This document shows positions 52,935-64,000 of a stretch of DNA of 64,000 nt, in pieces. The stretch lies in the NCBI RefSeq assembly GCF_006345805.1, contig NC_043013.1:16678001-16742000 (forward strand). Direction: 5' to 3'. How positions within the stretch are numbered: the stretch's first letter is position 1; every line of letters begins with the position of its first letter. The position numbers were made by a program, and so were the translations under genes. This DNA is from Octopus sinensis (lineage: Eukaryota). The notes below the pieces were generated by a model, which worked only from the letters and a program-made list of their open reading frames with translations, ran no database searches and was not told where the DNA came from.

Positions 52935-55900
52935 CACACACTCACACACACATATTTTCTTTTTCTCCTCCTCTCTGTTAGGAAACACAAGCACTTACAC
53001 ACATGTACAGACACAACAGAAACATCCACCTACCAAATTCAATCACGAGGCTTCAGTCAACCTGAGGCTTATAGCAGAAGACACTTGTCCAAGGTGTCAC
53101 ACAGTTCAAATATATGCTACCATGGGATATTAGTGTAGGTTAAATGAACAAACAAACAAAAATATATTTAAATATGAAATTACATCCTAGTTTAACATAT
53201 TTAATCATGCGTGTCCTAGTTTATCTAAATAGCTACACCATACCCTTGCAAAAGGTAAGTACAGAAATAGCTACACCATATCCTTGTAAAAGGTAAGCAG
53301 ACAGGTGTGCATCAATAAGGGCACTCACCTGTAAAAGACTGCTTCTGAAGGTCCTGTCAAACCCATGCCAACATGGAAAAACTATGACACTGATGAGAAT
53401 GGGGGGGGGGGGTAGCTGTGATGGCAGTGATGATGATGATGATAACAATGGTTTGTATTGTTTAACAGTGTCCAATTTTAAATTTCAACTAACCTAGCTA
53501 CTCCTGTTGCTGCTGCTGATAATGATTTGGAGGAGGTGACCTCAAATTGTCAACACAAGAAAATAGAATAATAAAAAAAAAAACTTTATTAAATGTCTAA
53601 ATATTTTACTTCTCTGTGAGTCTTTCTGATGTTTGTACAAATGTTGTCAGAGACAAACTAATTGATTGATTCATTCATTGGATGATAGACTTACAGGTTT
53701 ACTTGATGCATGTGTGTCTGTGTGTGTGTGTTTTCAGGGAGAGGTGAGAAGGTTAATGAATGCTGTGCACAGCACAAGCTGTATGCCTGCAATGTTGTAG
53801 AGATATATGTGTCAAGGCATATCATTAAGATATCGTTGTTATCATCATTTAATGTCTATTTCCATACTGCACCATGTTTCACTATCTGTTTTGGTAGGGT
53901 TTTTATGGTAGGATGTTCTTCCTAATACCAACCAAGTTAGAGAAGGGGCGCGTATTATACACAAGGTTTAGCTTTTTCAGAGGTACAGCCCCCTAAAAAT
54001 CCCCTGCGTATTATACTCAAGGGCGGACTATACTTGAGGATTTACAGTATATATGTATGTGTGTGTGGTGTGTGTGTGTGTTTGTATGTATATGGCTCTG
54101 TGATAAAAAAAATTTACTTCTCAACTGCATAACCACGTGGTTTAGGGCTTGGCCCCACTCTGCAACACTTTCAGGCAAGTGTCTTTTATTATAGCTCCAG
54201 GCCTTCCAAAGCTTTGTGCATAACAGAAACTGAACGTATATTTGTATGTGTGTTTGTGTGTGTTACTGTTTCCTTTACTTGATGTTGTGTGGTAGTTGTA
54301 TCACCATCTTACAAGCAGTGTCCTTTAATGTCTTTTCTTCTGAGACATGTCAGAAACAGGTGAGGGTTGGTGACAGGAAGAGCATCCATCCAACTCATGC
54401 AAGCATGGAAAAGTGGATGTTAAAACGATAATGATAAGAGAGGGGAAATAGTTGGCAGATAGATATGGATATATAGCCATATGTATGTAGATGTGTGTGA
54501 AAGCAAGATTTGCGATGACAGGTGAAAGAAGGTGGTCTCAAGGAGAGGGATAACTGGCGGCACCAAAATGGGGGTGAGATATGTGCAGTTCTTCCTTCAC
54601 ATAATTATAGCAGCTGAGAGAATAGTGCCAGACACACACACACACACGTGTACTAATTGCAAGCAAATGTTACTGTCATCCAAGCAATGAGATGTCAGTC
54701 ATTTGTAATCTTCAATGAAATCATGTTTGGTTATAAAATCAGTTTTTTTCATATCCTGAGTTATATTTGAATAAGAATGTCTTTTGAATTATTTTCAGAT
54801 TCTGTACACCAGCCAACCAGTGTCCTAACATGGATGAGGCTTGGGAAAGTCCTGAAGGAGTCCCTATTGATGCCATTATATTTGGTGGCAGACGTCCCGA
54901 AGGTGAGTTGATAGGAAATCATTCTGTTGTTTTTAAATAAGTTAGCAATCACCCATCTGAGTGCTAACAAGACATGGCAGTAAATTAGCAACAGATATGA
55001 AAAGACAGTATCTGCAATATCTACATAGGCACAGGAGTGGTTGTATCATAAGTAGCTTGCTTACCAACCACATGGTTCTGGGTTCAGTCCCACTGCATGG
55101 CACCTTGGACAAGTGTCTTCTACTATAGACTCGGGCTGACCATAGCCTTGTGAGTGGATTTGGTAGACGGAAACTGAAAGAAGCCCATCGCATATATGTA
55201 TATGTGTATATATATATGTGTGTGTGTGTTTGTGTGTCTCTGTCCCACCAACATCGCTTGACAACCGATGGTGGTGTGTTTACATCCCCGTAACTTAGTG
55301 GTTCGGCAAAAGAGACCGATAGAATAAGTACTGGGCTTACAAAGAATAAGTCCTGGGGTCAATTTGCTTGACTAAAGGCGGTGCTCCAGCATGGCCACAG
55401 TCAAATGACTGAAACAAGTAAAAAGAGAAAGGAAAAAAAGACTATCTGTATAGTTAAAGTCAAACTACCTTGCAGTATCTAGAGACAGGCAAGATGGTGA
55501 GCTGGCAGAATTGTTAACATGCCAGGCAAAATGCTTAGCAGTATTTTGTCCACCTTTATGTTCTGAGTTCAAATTTCTCCAAGGTTGACTTTGCCTTTTC
55601 TCCTTTCATGGTTGATAAAATAAGTATCAGTTGAACACTAAGGTTTAAGTAATCAACTCCCGCTTTCCCCTGAATTGCTGGCCTTGTGCCAAAATTTGAA
55701 ATCAATATTTAGAGACAGGCAGACCTGGAATAGAGAGAGAATATATCATTGATAAGGCTGCAAATGGCCATGAAAGGACTTTGACAAACATGGCTGATTG
55801 ATTGATTAATCAAACGATCAATCAGTTAACTAGTTAAATGGTTAACCAATTGACAAATAAATAATCCTTTCTACTACAGGCACAAGGCCTGAAATTTGTG

Positions 55901-57171
55901 GCGAAGGGACCAATCAATTACATCAACTCCAGCACTTGACGGGCACTTATTTCATCGACCCCGAAAGGAATAAAGGCGAAGTCAACCTCGGCAGAATTTG
56001 AACTCAGAACATAGCAACAGACAGAATACTGCTAAGCATTTTGTCGAGCATACTAACAACTCTGCCAGCTTGCTTCCTTATTTGACAAATAGATTATAAA
56101 AACCTGAAATAAAACCAGTGCAAGTGTTAATTATTGGAATAATGGCCCTCCTCAGATACAACAAAATTAAGGTCTCGGTTCATGTCTCACCTAGATAAAT
56201 TTTGCTTTCACCCTCTCAGGGGTTCGATAAAATAAACACCAGTTAAAAGCTGGTCATGTGTCACTGTTAGAAATTTTTCCCAATCATTAATGGCACGGGT
56301 CAGACAGAACATGCTGAGGCAGACTTTTCTACGACCAGCAAGTTCCATATGACCCATGCAAGCATGGAGCGGTGAATGCTAACATACCATGCATTGAGTG
56401 TCATACAAGACAGAAGCTCTCGTGAAACCATCTCCATGGGCCAACGTCTTATATTTTATCTTTAATTAAGGCATTAACTTTGCATAATTTCATTCTTCTG
56501 TTCTGTAAATTTATAATGTTGTCTTAGAAATTTTTATAATTGCCTTACATTGATTATTGATTTGTTTATGAGTTAAATGAATTCACACCTTATATCCTAT
56601 AAAATCTATCATGGAGTATGTATGTACACGTGTGTGTCTGTGTGTATGTATTCTGTAATAATCATATACTCTATAATATATATATAATAGCTCCTTCCTC
56701 TCACCATCAAATCCTCGTTTGAATTTTGGTTTCTTGAATTTAAATAAATTTAAAGTAGCTCATGGGACATATCCTCATCACCATTGTCATTTTGATGTAT
56801 ATTTTTCTCTATGCTTAGGTTGGACGAAGCATTAACTCAGATTGCTTTGTCTTGTTCCTGTAGCAGCTCTTCTATCTCGGGGGTCCATAGCTCTCAGGTT
56901 TGATCTAATTCCTCAATCTGCAATTACTGCCACCTGTAGCACTATTTTTAGCGATCTAACCTTCTACCCAGCCTTCATTCACATTAAATTCCAATAGTTT
57001 AGCTGCAGTTATCTCCCATGCAGATATTACCTTAGCCAGCGTCACTGATGTCCAGTTATTATCTTGACTCACTCACCCTTGCACAGAGTAATAGGATAGA
57101 AAAGAAACACATCATGTGTCTTTGTTAGGAAAATGTATCATTCCAAATAAAGCCCTTCACTGAACACCCAA

Positions 57172-57204
<33 letters not shown>

Positions 57205-60200
57205 TTGGTCAAAATAGACTGAAATAGGCAACTGTTTATTTTTTCATTTTCAGTCTTTTAATATTAAAGCAACAGTTTTTGAATTCATAACCCTCTAAAT
57301 ACGGCACTACATGTTTTATGAGACACCTTGAATATTTTTTTGAAAGTATATTAAAATGTTTTAAATAAAGTATTCTATAAAAAAATATATATTTTATAAG
57401 TGTAGACATGGCTATATGGTAAGAATTATACTAGCTAACCACATGACTCCAAGTTCAGTCCCGCTGCATGACACTTTGGTCAAATCATCATCATCATCAT
57501 CATCATCGTTTAACGTCTGCTTTCCATGCTAGCATGGGTTGGACGATTTGACTGAGGTCTGGCGAACCAGATGGCTGCACCAGGCTCCAATCTTGATCTG
57601 GCAGATTTTCTACAGCTGGATGCCCTTCCTAACGCCAAATGTTATCTACTTTAGCACCAGGCCAATCAAAGTGGATTTGGTTGTCTGAAACTGAAAGAAG
57701 CCTGTCATATATGTGTGTGTTTGTCTCCCACCACCGCTTGACAGGTGTTGGTAACTTAACAGTTTGACAAAAGAGACCAATAGAATAAGTTTTAAAAATA
57801 AGTACTGTGTCCAAGTTATGAACTAAACCCTTCAGGGCAGCGTCCTAGCATGGTTGCAGTCCGATGACTAAACCAAGTAAAAGATAAGAAGATATTTTGG
57901 AAATATTTCATAAGGAAAAGTTTAAAAATTGTTCTAAAACAAGGATGAGTGCACGCATTGCACTTTGTTGCAAAGAAATACACATGAACCAACACAGTGT
58001 AATGCACCACAAAAGCTTACAGCACACGCATGCGCTGTGGCACAGGGGTTGATGAAACCTATGTTGGAACAATTGATTGCCTCTGAATGTCTCTCCCTAT
58101 GTTTGTTGTTGTATAACCCCAGATGAAATAAATAGTTGAATTATGAGGCACAGCCCACAGATTAGTCCTAGATACACCATGCTTCTGCCTAGTTGAGAGT
58201 CATACTGCACTCTGTGACATACAGTAATTGCTATATCAGGGCCATACTGCACTTGCAACCTGCAATTGTCACTATCAGAACATTACTTTATGTTGCAACA
58301 TGTTGTGATTGCTATCAGGATTTTACTGCACTTTGCAATGTGCAGTGGTTGCTATCAGGACCATACTGGACAGAGCGAGCAGTGGTGTTACTGTTTAACA
58401 ACACCACTGGTCAACCTTAATCAGCTGACTCATGATCAGAGACATTCCAGTTGTGACTATCCTGTCCACTTACAATTCCTAGACCACGTTGTCCAAAATG
58501 ACTTTCCCTTTTTTAGAACTATAGCAATGTGATTTAATAGAGATTTGGCTGCCATTTCTAGCAGGTCAGACAACCACATAGACATTATTGGTCTACTTAG
58601 GAACAAGCAGTTACGTGCTTTGACCAACCAAGGAGCAGAGTTGGGACCTATAGTAAGATTTGAACTTATAACATGTAGTCAGTGGCCCAGTACTTCAACA
58701 TCATGGCCAATTGTGGCTCATAATACACCTATTTCCTTTCATTTTCTGCTTTTACTGTGTAGACTTTTTACAAAATTTCACCACCAGCACTTCACTCAAT
58801 TCCTCAAATTTTGATGATTATGTTCACTTATCTGACCACTTCACACCTCTCACTCACAATATCTTCATGGCATTCTTTTTTTTTTCATTTCATTTTCTCT
58901 ATAAGGCCTAGTGGTTAGAGTATTGTACTAAGATTGTGGTTTTGGTTACTGAACCAAACAGCTCGTGCTCTTCAGCAAAATGCATCATTCCACATTCCCA
59001 ATCCACTCTGCTGTTAATCCTACAACAGACTGTCATCCCATTCAGCAGAGTGTGTTGTAACCTCAGTCAATTACATGTCATGAAAACTAAGCCAACTAGA
59101 TTAAGCTCTAGCCTTATGAGTCCTAGAGTTAATTGCAGACCTATATCTAAGTACTAGCAGTATTGCCTGGCATTGATCAAGTTTGTTTCAACCCTTTACA
59201 ATTGGAATTTATGAAAAGTAAAAATTTTGCATTATGTAGCTTTTTATTGTCTTTAAGTGAACATCTTTCTGGTTGAAGTACACCAAAAAATGGCAACACA
59301 GCAGTCAAAAAATCATTAAAAAATAGGGATTTTCATAGAAAAAAAGCACCTTTTTGATGTAAATAATTTTTGGTGTTAACATGGTCCGATTTGAATTTTT
59401 TCTTCTACGGAAGGAAGAGCAAGCCTCCTTCTATCATACTGTCAATTTTGGTCAACTTGCGCTGCAGGGTCTTGGAGGAGATAGTGTTAGTTGAAGGCTA
59501 CCAAACCTGTCATACACAGACAACTTCAGCTTTATATAGAAAGAAATAAGGCTAAACTAGAGTTAAAGGAAGATGTGGAATATAATGGAGACCCATTCAT
59601 TTAGTGTTACCCGAACACCAAGGGGAAGTGACCTCCCTCCTTCCCTTCTCTCTCTCTCTCTCCCTCTCTGTCTCCCTCTCTCTCAGCTGTTATTTTCTGG
59701 CCTGCAAGCACTTCTTGAAACTAGGCTCATCTAGTGACACCAATTCACCATTCTTCTCACAATAATAATCATCACATGAATTTAGCCTTCCAGTGGCAAA
59801 TGAGGCTGTCTTAAATCACCGTTCCCCTTCTATTAGAACCATGTTGAACTTATTCCTACTGCAACAACCATTTCCTGATTTGTTACCTTGCCCTACTCCT
59901 GTGCCTCTCAGTGGACTCTACACTTTAGGCTGAATTTCATTCATTTTGTTCTTTCTTTCTTTTCCATTGTACAGGGGTACCTTTAGTGTACGAAGCCTTC
60001 AACTGGGAACATGGAGTCATGGTCGGTGCATCGATGCGATCAGAAGCCACTGCAGCAGCTGAACATAAAGGTTGGTAATATTCGTTTATGTTGACATAAT
60101 TACTTGTCTTACTTGGTTTGAAACTGTTGACACCTCTCACTTGCAATGTCTTCTTTGAATTTCTGAACAATAAAGAAGCTGATTCTTAATTTCATGGTCT

Positions 60201-62011
60201 TTGTCTGAAACTAAACAGAACAAGGGGACACATGGGATGGAGAGTTGCTGAAGAGGTCACAGGAGGTGTCATGAAAGATTTCACTCAAAGGACCCTAAAA
60301 TAAAAATAATGATAAGAAACTTATTGTTGTCAGTATCATTGTTGGCATTATTATCAATGTTGTCATCATCGATTCTAAGTTCAGATTCTGGGGCCCAGTT
60401 AGAATTTTCTTCTGGTCGAGTAGCCCATCCTGCTCAAAAGGTCCCTGAATAAGGGTTGTTTAAGGATGTTGAACGAAACACCTGTTTCCAGAGGTGAATA
60501 ATTCAAACCCCAAAGAATCCCTCTCAACACATGGCTATGATGCTCCACACTACTTCTGTTCGTGATCATATTATTATTATTGTTATTATTATTATTATCA
60601 TTATTATTATTATTATTCATAAAGCCAGGTGAAATGTTTTTATTTTTTTCACCAGATAAAATGCTTAGTGGCATTTCTTTCTGCTTTACACTCTGAGTTC
60701 AAATTCCACCAAGATTCACTTTGCCTTTCATCCTTTCGAAGTCAATAAAGCAAGTACCAGTTAAGCATGGGGGGGGGGGGGGTCAATGCAATCAACTTGT
60801 CCTCTCCTCATGAATTTTAGGTCTTAGGCCTATAGTAGAAAGAACAATTATATTCTAATTGCGTTAGTAGGGATATTGTCTTGAGGTTTGGTGGCAACAA
60901 GCCTCCTCAAATCTCAAGAGTCTCTCTTAGGATTCTTGTAGAATACAGGTTAACAAGTTCCTGTGGGTCAACAATGTGTCCTTATTTCAGTATCTTTCAG
61001 CCTCTCACATTACAGTTTGTGTGACCAATTGTCACCTTTGTCTTCTACCAATTTCTTCATTTTCCTGGCTAGGTCCCGATATTTCTTAATCTTCTCAATT
61101 ATTTTGGTGTTCTTCACCCTATTGTTATATGGTATTGTAAAGTCTGCAGTTGTGCCTTTTTTTCTTTCTTTCTTTTTTTTTGTGATATCTGTGATCATTG
61201 ATACTACTGTCATTATTTATTGCTGGCATGATTATTGCCAACGCCATCATCACCATCATCTTCATTATCATTACCTCTAATTTGATAATTAATCAATTGA
61301 TTTGTTAACCATTTCATCCTCATTATCATCATCATCATCACTAACACTACCACTGCCACCAATAACAATATCACTGCATTTACCACCAATATAACCACTA
61401 CCAACACCTCCATCACTACAACCATCATCACTACCATCATCAGCACCATCATCATCACTACCATCATCACCACCATCATCACCACCATCACCGCACCATC
61501 CTTAATGTATTTAAATTATTCCAATTCATTCTCAACCATTTTTCTTGTTTCAGGCAAAGTCATCATGAACGACCCCTTTGCTATGCGTCCATTCTTTGGG
61601 TACAATTTTGGTAAATATCTCCAGCACTGGTTGTCAATGAATCAGCCAGGCGTAACACTGCCAAAGATTTTCCATGTCAACTGGTTCCGTAAGAACGAGG
61701 AAGGGAAGTTCATGTGGCCAGGTTTTGGTGAAAATTGCCGTGTCTTGGACTGGATATTGCGTAGAATAAACCAAGAGGAGTGTGCTGTTTCTTCAGCAAT
61801 TGGGTACCTTCCAAAACCTGGAAGCATCAACATGGATGGTTTGCCTGCTTCCATAGACATGAAAGCCATTTTCAACTTGACCAAAGAGTTCTGGGAAGGC
61901 GAGGTGAAAGACACTCGTAAATATCTGTTCCGCCAAATCAATGATGATGTTCCAGACACAATTTGGAAAGAAATTGACAATCTGGAAGAGAGAATCAAGA
62001 AGACTCTTTAA
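37414..62011 (+). CDS. PCK2: Phosphoenolpyruvate carboxykinase [GTP], probably mitochondrial type; 9 coding exons located, first coding exon not found
   Basis: Exons 37414-37677, 46156-46340, 47241-47438, 48274-48461, 49619-49832, 51848-52052, 54799-54902, 59975-60070 and 61554-62011 are all GT-AG with matching phases (1912 nt, about 636 aa plus the missing N-terminus). Motifs: [73 protein letters not shown]. The symbol is by analogy; invertebrate PEPCK is not strictly orthologous to one vertebrate paralog. Confidence 0.95.
37768..38005 (+). mobile_element. SINE: tRNA-like head, (AAT)n, then hammerhead-like tail
   Basis: A box TGGCGTAGTGG, B box GATTTCGATTCC, (AAT)n at 37842-37873, and a tail shared with 635-735. 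Confidence 0.65.
38402..38633 (-). mobile_element. SINE family A with 16-bp TSD, inserted in a degenerate minisatellite (about 38180-38810)
   Basis: TSD TGAGATTGATGTGACC at 38386-38401 and 38634-38649. Confidence 0.88.
39624..40016 (-). mobile_element. Non-autonomous Helitron family H2
   Basis: Minus strand reads A|TC...CCCGAGCAATGCCGGG hairpin..CTAG|T with no TSD; other copies at 34512-34843 and 59154-59545. Confidence 0.8.
41735..41785 (+). ncRNA. Putative minimal type I hammerhead ribozyme, G3:C8 variant
   Basis: UUUGUCA-GUGAACA-G-GUCGC-GGUCUCAAA-GCGAC-GAAA-AUAUUU-UGGCAAA; mirror copy at 44648-44698(-). Confidence 0.55.
42228..42710. repeat. 107-bp tandem repeat, about 4.5 copies (mirrored at about 43730-44212)
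   Basis: The TAGAC anchor recurs at 42331, 42438, 42544 and 42651. Confidence 0.92.
43220..45388 (+). mobile_element. Composite Helitron, right arm of the palindrome; ends in a standalone 395-bp Helitron (H1, 44994-45388)
   Basis: A|TC at 43219/43220, internal A|TCTTTATATATAAAAG at 44994, and CCCGAGCAACGCCGGG hairpin plus CTAG|T at 45385-45389. Confidence 0.8.
45582..45947 (+). mobile_element. Non-autonomous Helitron family H3 inserted in a family B SINE
   Basis: A|TCTCTATATATATAAATGG start; terminal hairpin ACTATGACC..GGTCATAGT and CTAG|T end. Confidence 0.75.
46156..46340 (+). CDS. PEPCK coding exon
   Basis: ttcag|T TGG..; [21 protein letters not shown]; G|gtacc donor. Confidence 0.93.
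47241..47438 (+). CDS. PEPCK coding exon
   Basis: [40 protein letters not shown]; gtaag donor. Confidence 0.95.
47721..47766 (+). ncRNA. Putative type I hammerhead ribozyme with canonical core, inside a small inverted-repeat element (47636-47890)
   Basis: GGUG-CUGAUGA-AGGAG-CAAGAA-UUCCU-GAAA-UA-UGGCU-UA-UA-CACC, flanked by a perfect 34-bp inverted repeat (47653-47686, 47840-47873). Confidence 0.55.
48274..48461 (+). CDS. PEPCK coding exon
   Basis: [37 protein letters not shown]; gtaag donor. Not shown in the ORF track. Confidence 0.95.
49619..49832 (+). CDS. PEPCK coding exon (P-loop and metal-binding motifs)
   Basis: [55 protein letters not shown]. Not shown in the ORF track. Confidence 0.96.
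51220..51840. repeat. Degenerate pyrimidine-rich minisatellite (CCTCACTCCCTCTAT..ACCACATGTAT)
   Basis: Repeated ACCACATGTAT and CCTCAC motifs at about 30-35 bp spacing. Confidence 0.75.
51848..52052 (+). CDS. PEPCK coding exon
   Basis: [38 protein letters not shown]; gtgag donor. Confidence 0.95.
52520..52902 (-). mobile_element. SINE family B
   Basis: Reverse complement of the family B consensus. Confidence 0.82.
54799..54902 (+). CDS. PEPCK coding exon
   Basis: [34 protein letters not shown]; gtgag donor. Confidence 0.95.
55027..55425 (+). mobile_element. SINE family B
   Basis: Near-complete copy, similar to 24098-24485. Confidence 0.85.
59154..59545 (-). mobile_element. Non-autonomous Helitron family H2
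   Basis: Homologous to 39624-40016, with CTAG terminus at 59154. Confidence 0.75.
59975..60070 (+). CDS. PEPCK coding exon
   Basis: [31 protein letters not shown]; gttgg donor. Confidence 0.95.
60900..61165 (-). mobile_element. Degenerate R4/Dong-like RLE fragment
   Basis: [30 protein letters not shown] resembles the IDMSIP..KEFDKLRKYKDL motif of the element at 1-423. Confidence 0.55.
61554..62011 (+). CDS. PEPCK last coding exon
   Basis: [46 protein letters not shown]..; stop TAA at 62009-62011. Confidence 0.96.
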
Positions 62012-62093
62012 AAAAAAAAAAAAATAACAAATTCCTATTTTTTTTAAACCATTCCCCACCCTCGCAAAAATCACATTGGGATTTATTTGTAAT

Positions 62094-62099
62094 AATAAA
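62094..62099 (+). promoter_or_regulatory. Candidate polyadenylation signal of PEPCK
   Basis: AATAAA about 80 nt after the stop codon (second copy at 62112), followed by U-rich sequence. The AT-rich context makes this weak. Confidence 0.35.
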
Positions 62100-62487
62100 A
62101 ATAATAATAATAATAAATGTTTATTTTACAACTTCTGGGAACAACAACAAGAACAATTGCAACAAACAAAATTTAGGTAAAGAAAAGACTTGATGGAAAT
62201 AACCTAAAAGAATATTTTTAAAATATATTTACATTTAATTTTAATCATTAAATTCTCGAAACCAAAACAACATAATTATCTTTGTTAAATTTATTATTGT
62301 CTTTCATTAATTCCATTAAAAGTTTAAAGCAATTAAAATGTAATTTAAATAGAATTAGATAAATACAAATTTGTTTTGACCTGTATGATACACATACACG
62401 CACACATAAGTATATATATGTGTATGTGTGTGTATAACCACACGAACATATATTGCCTTATATGGATAGCAAAATAGGGGTTTACAA

Positions 62488-62719
62488 GGCAGCGAGCTGG
62501 CAGCTACGTTAGCACGCCGGGCGGAATGCTTAGCAGTATTTCGTCTGCCATTACATTCTGAGATCAAATTCCGCCGAGGTCAACTTTACCTTTCATCCTT
62601 TCAGGGTCAATAAATTAAGTACCAGTTATGCACTGGGGTCGATGTAATCAACTTAATCCGTCTGTCTGTCCTTCTTTGTCTCTTTTGTGTTTAGCCCCTT
62701 GTGGGTAGTAAAGAAATAG
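62488..62719 (+). mobile_element. SINE family A with 15-bp TSD
   Basis: TSD AAAATAGGGGTTTAC at 62471-62485 and 62720-62734. Confidence 0.85.
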
Positions 62720-63371
62720 AAAATAGGGGTTTACGGAATTTGTACATACAGTGTCTGACTGAAGTGCAACATTTAGTTTCATACATCCTCACATTTTGGG
62801 GTCAACCATGAGACAGGTTTCAGTCTTTCCAGTTTCTGTACAAGACGACATTGTTAAAATAAGTACCAGTAATATACTGTGGTTAAATTGGATGTAATAT
62901 AATTTCTCCTATGAATATTAGGACATATGTCTAAGAAGGAAGAGAGTTAATAGTTTGAAAATTTCAATAGCTCATCATTTATTAGCAATGAGTCCTCTAT
63001 TACCAAGACTGATGCAGTTCTTTGTTGGAAGAATTATTTCATTCGAACATTGCTGCTCTTGCTTTTGCACTTGAAATGCATAAAAATTGCTAAATTTCAT
63101 TTAATTCTTTTTCTTCATCCTGCATAAATTTGTGGTCTTTTCCAATTTAACACTTTTGATATAACAAACTGTCTGAAGACTGTTTCTACTAAAATGTCTA
63201 TATTGAAATTTTTTAAAAATCTCAATTAAAAACTTATTCTAATGTTACTGGCATTGTCAGATTTTCAATCTTCAACATACACACACCACTTAGCCAATAC
63301 CAGTATATATATATCATTGGTTAACTCAAATGTACGATAACATTGCATACATACATGCATTCATACATACA

Positions 63372-63485
63372 TATGAAGGTCAGCTGAAAAGTTCATAGGC
63401 TGATCAAGATGCTCTCATGGAATGTGACCAAATGAGGTTTATTTTTCACCATAATCCCCATTGCAGTCCACAAACTTCTCCCATC
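63372..63485. mobile_element. Probable mariner terminal fragment
   Basis: TA followed by TGAAGGTCAGCTGAAAAGTTC..TTTATTTTTCACCATAATCCCC resembles mariner ends. Confidence 0.4.
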
Positions 63486-64000
63486 CCCCCCCCCCCCAAA
63501 GACGAACAAGAATGTAACGGACGGCAATGAAAACATACGGACAGATGGACGATACAAAGACGGACAGAAAAACCAGGACGGAACATTCGTGGCTTTCTAT
63601 TCATCAGTCAAGCTTCCAAATATCACTACAATTTCGGCCTGTTATACTTGAGACTGTTCAAAGTTGTGTGTGTGTGTGATCATCATCATTTAACGTCCGT
63701 TTTCCATGCTGGCATGGTTTGGATGGTTTGACTGAGGTCGGGAAAGCCAGCGGCTGCACCAGGCCCCAGTCTGATATGGCAATGTTTCTACAGCTGAATT
63801 CTCTTCCTAACGCCAACCACTCCAAGAGTGTAGTGGGTGCTTTTTACATGCCACCGATACAAGAGACAGTCAGTGAGCACAGGCCACAACTACAATTTTG
63901 ATTTTATTTGACTCAACAGGTCTTCTCAAGCATATCAAATCGCCCGACGCATCAGGGGTACTCTTAAATGGGTCGGGCATGCAACACTGGCATCGGCCAC

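Noticed and set aside
17580-54047. Inward-facing TIR-like ends at 17580 and 54047 as one 36-kb transposon
   Set aside because: They would bisect the conserved PEPCK gene; independent truncated copies of a common family are far more plausible.
62010-62024. A-run after the stop codon as evidence of a processed pseudogene
   Set aside because: The gene retains eight introns; the run is a genomic homopolymer.

Overview
AT-rich, repeat-dense eukaryotic genomic DNA. The SINE families and microsatellite style suggest a coleoid cephalopod, most likely octopus (inference). The only clear host gene is a + strand GTP-dependent phosphoenolpyruvate carboxykinase (PEPCK, probably the mitochondrial type). 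Nine coding exons with GT-AG boundaries and consistent phases run from 37414 to 62011; its short first coding exon was not located. Everything else is transposon-derived or simple repeat: a full-length Buster/SPIN-type hAT element (perfect 16-bp TIRs, 8-bp TSD, one frameshift), fragments of R4/Dong, RTE, CR1, Tx1 and mariner elements, a piggyBac-type MITE, many SINEs and non-autonomous Helitrons. The most notable structure is a 4.35-kb near-perfect palindrome in a PEPCK intron. It resolves into two head-to-head copies of a 2.17-kb composite Helitron inserted 2 bp apart in a (TA)n tract. There are also several hammerhead-ribozyme-like folds, including a family with a reversed G3:C8 core pair and a canonical-core fold on the sense strand of a PEPCK intron. 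All family assignments are by motif recognition; no searches were run.
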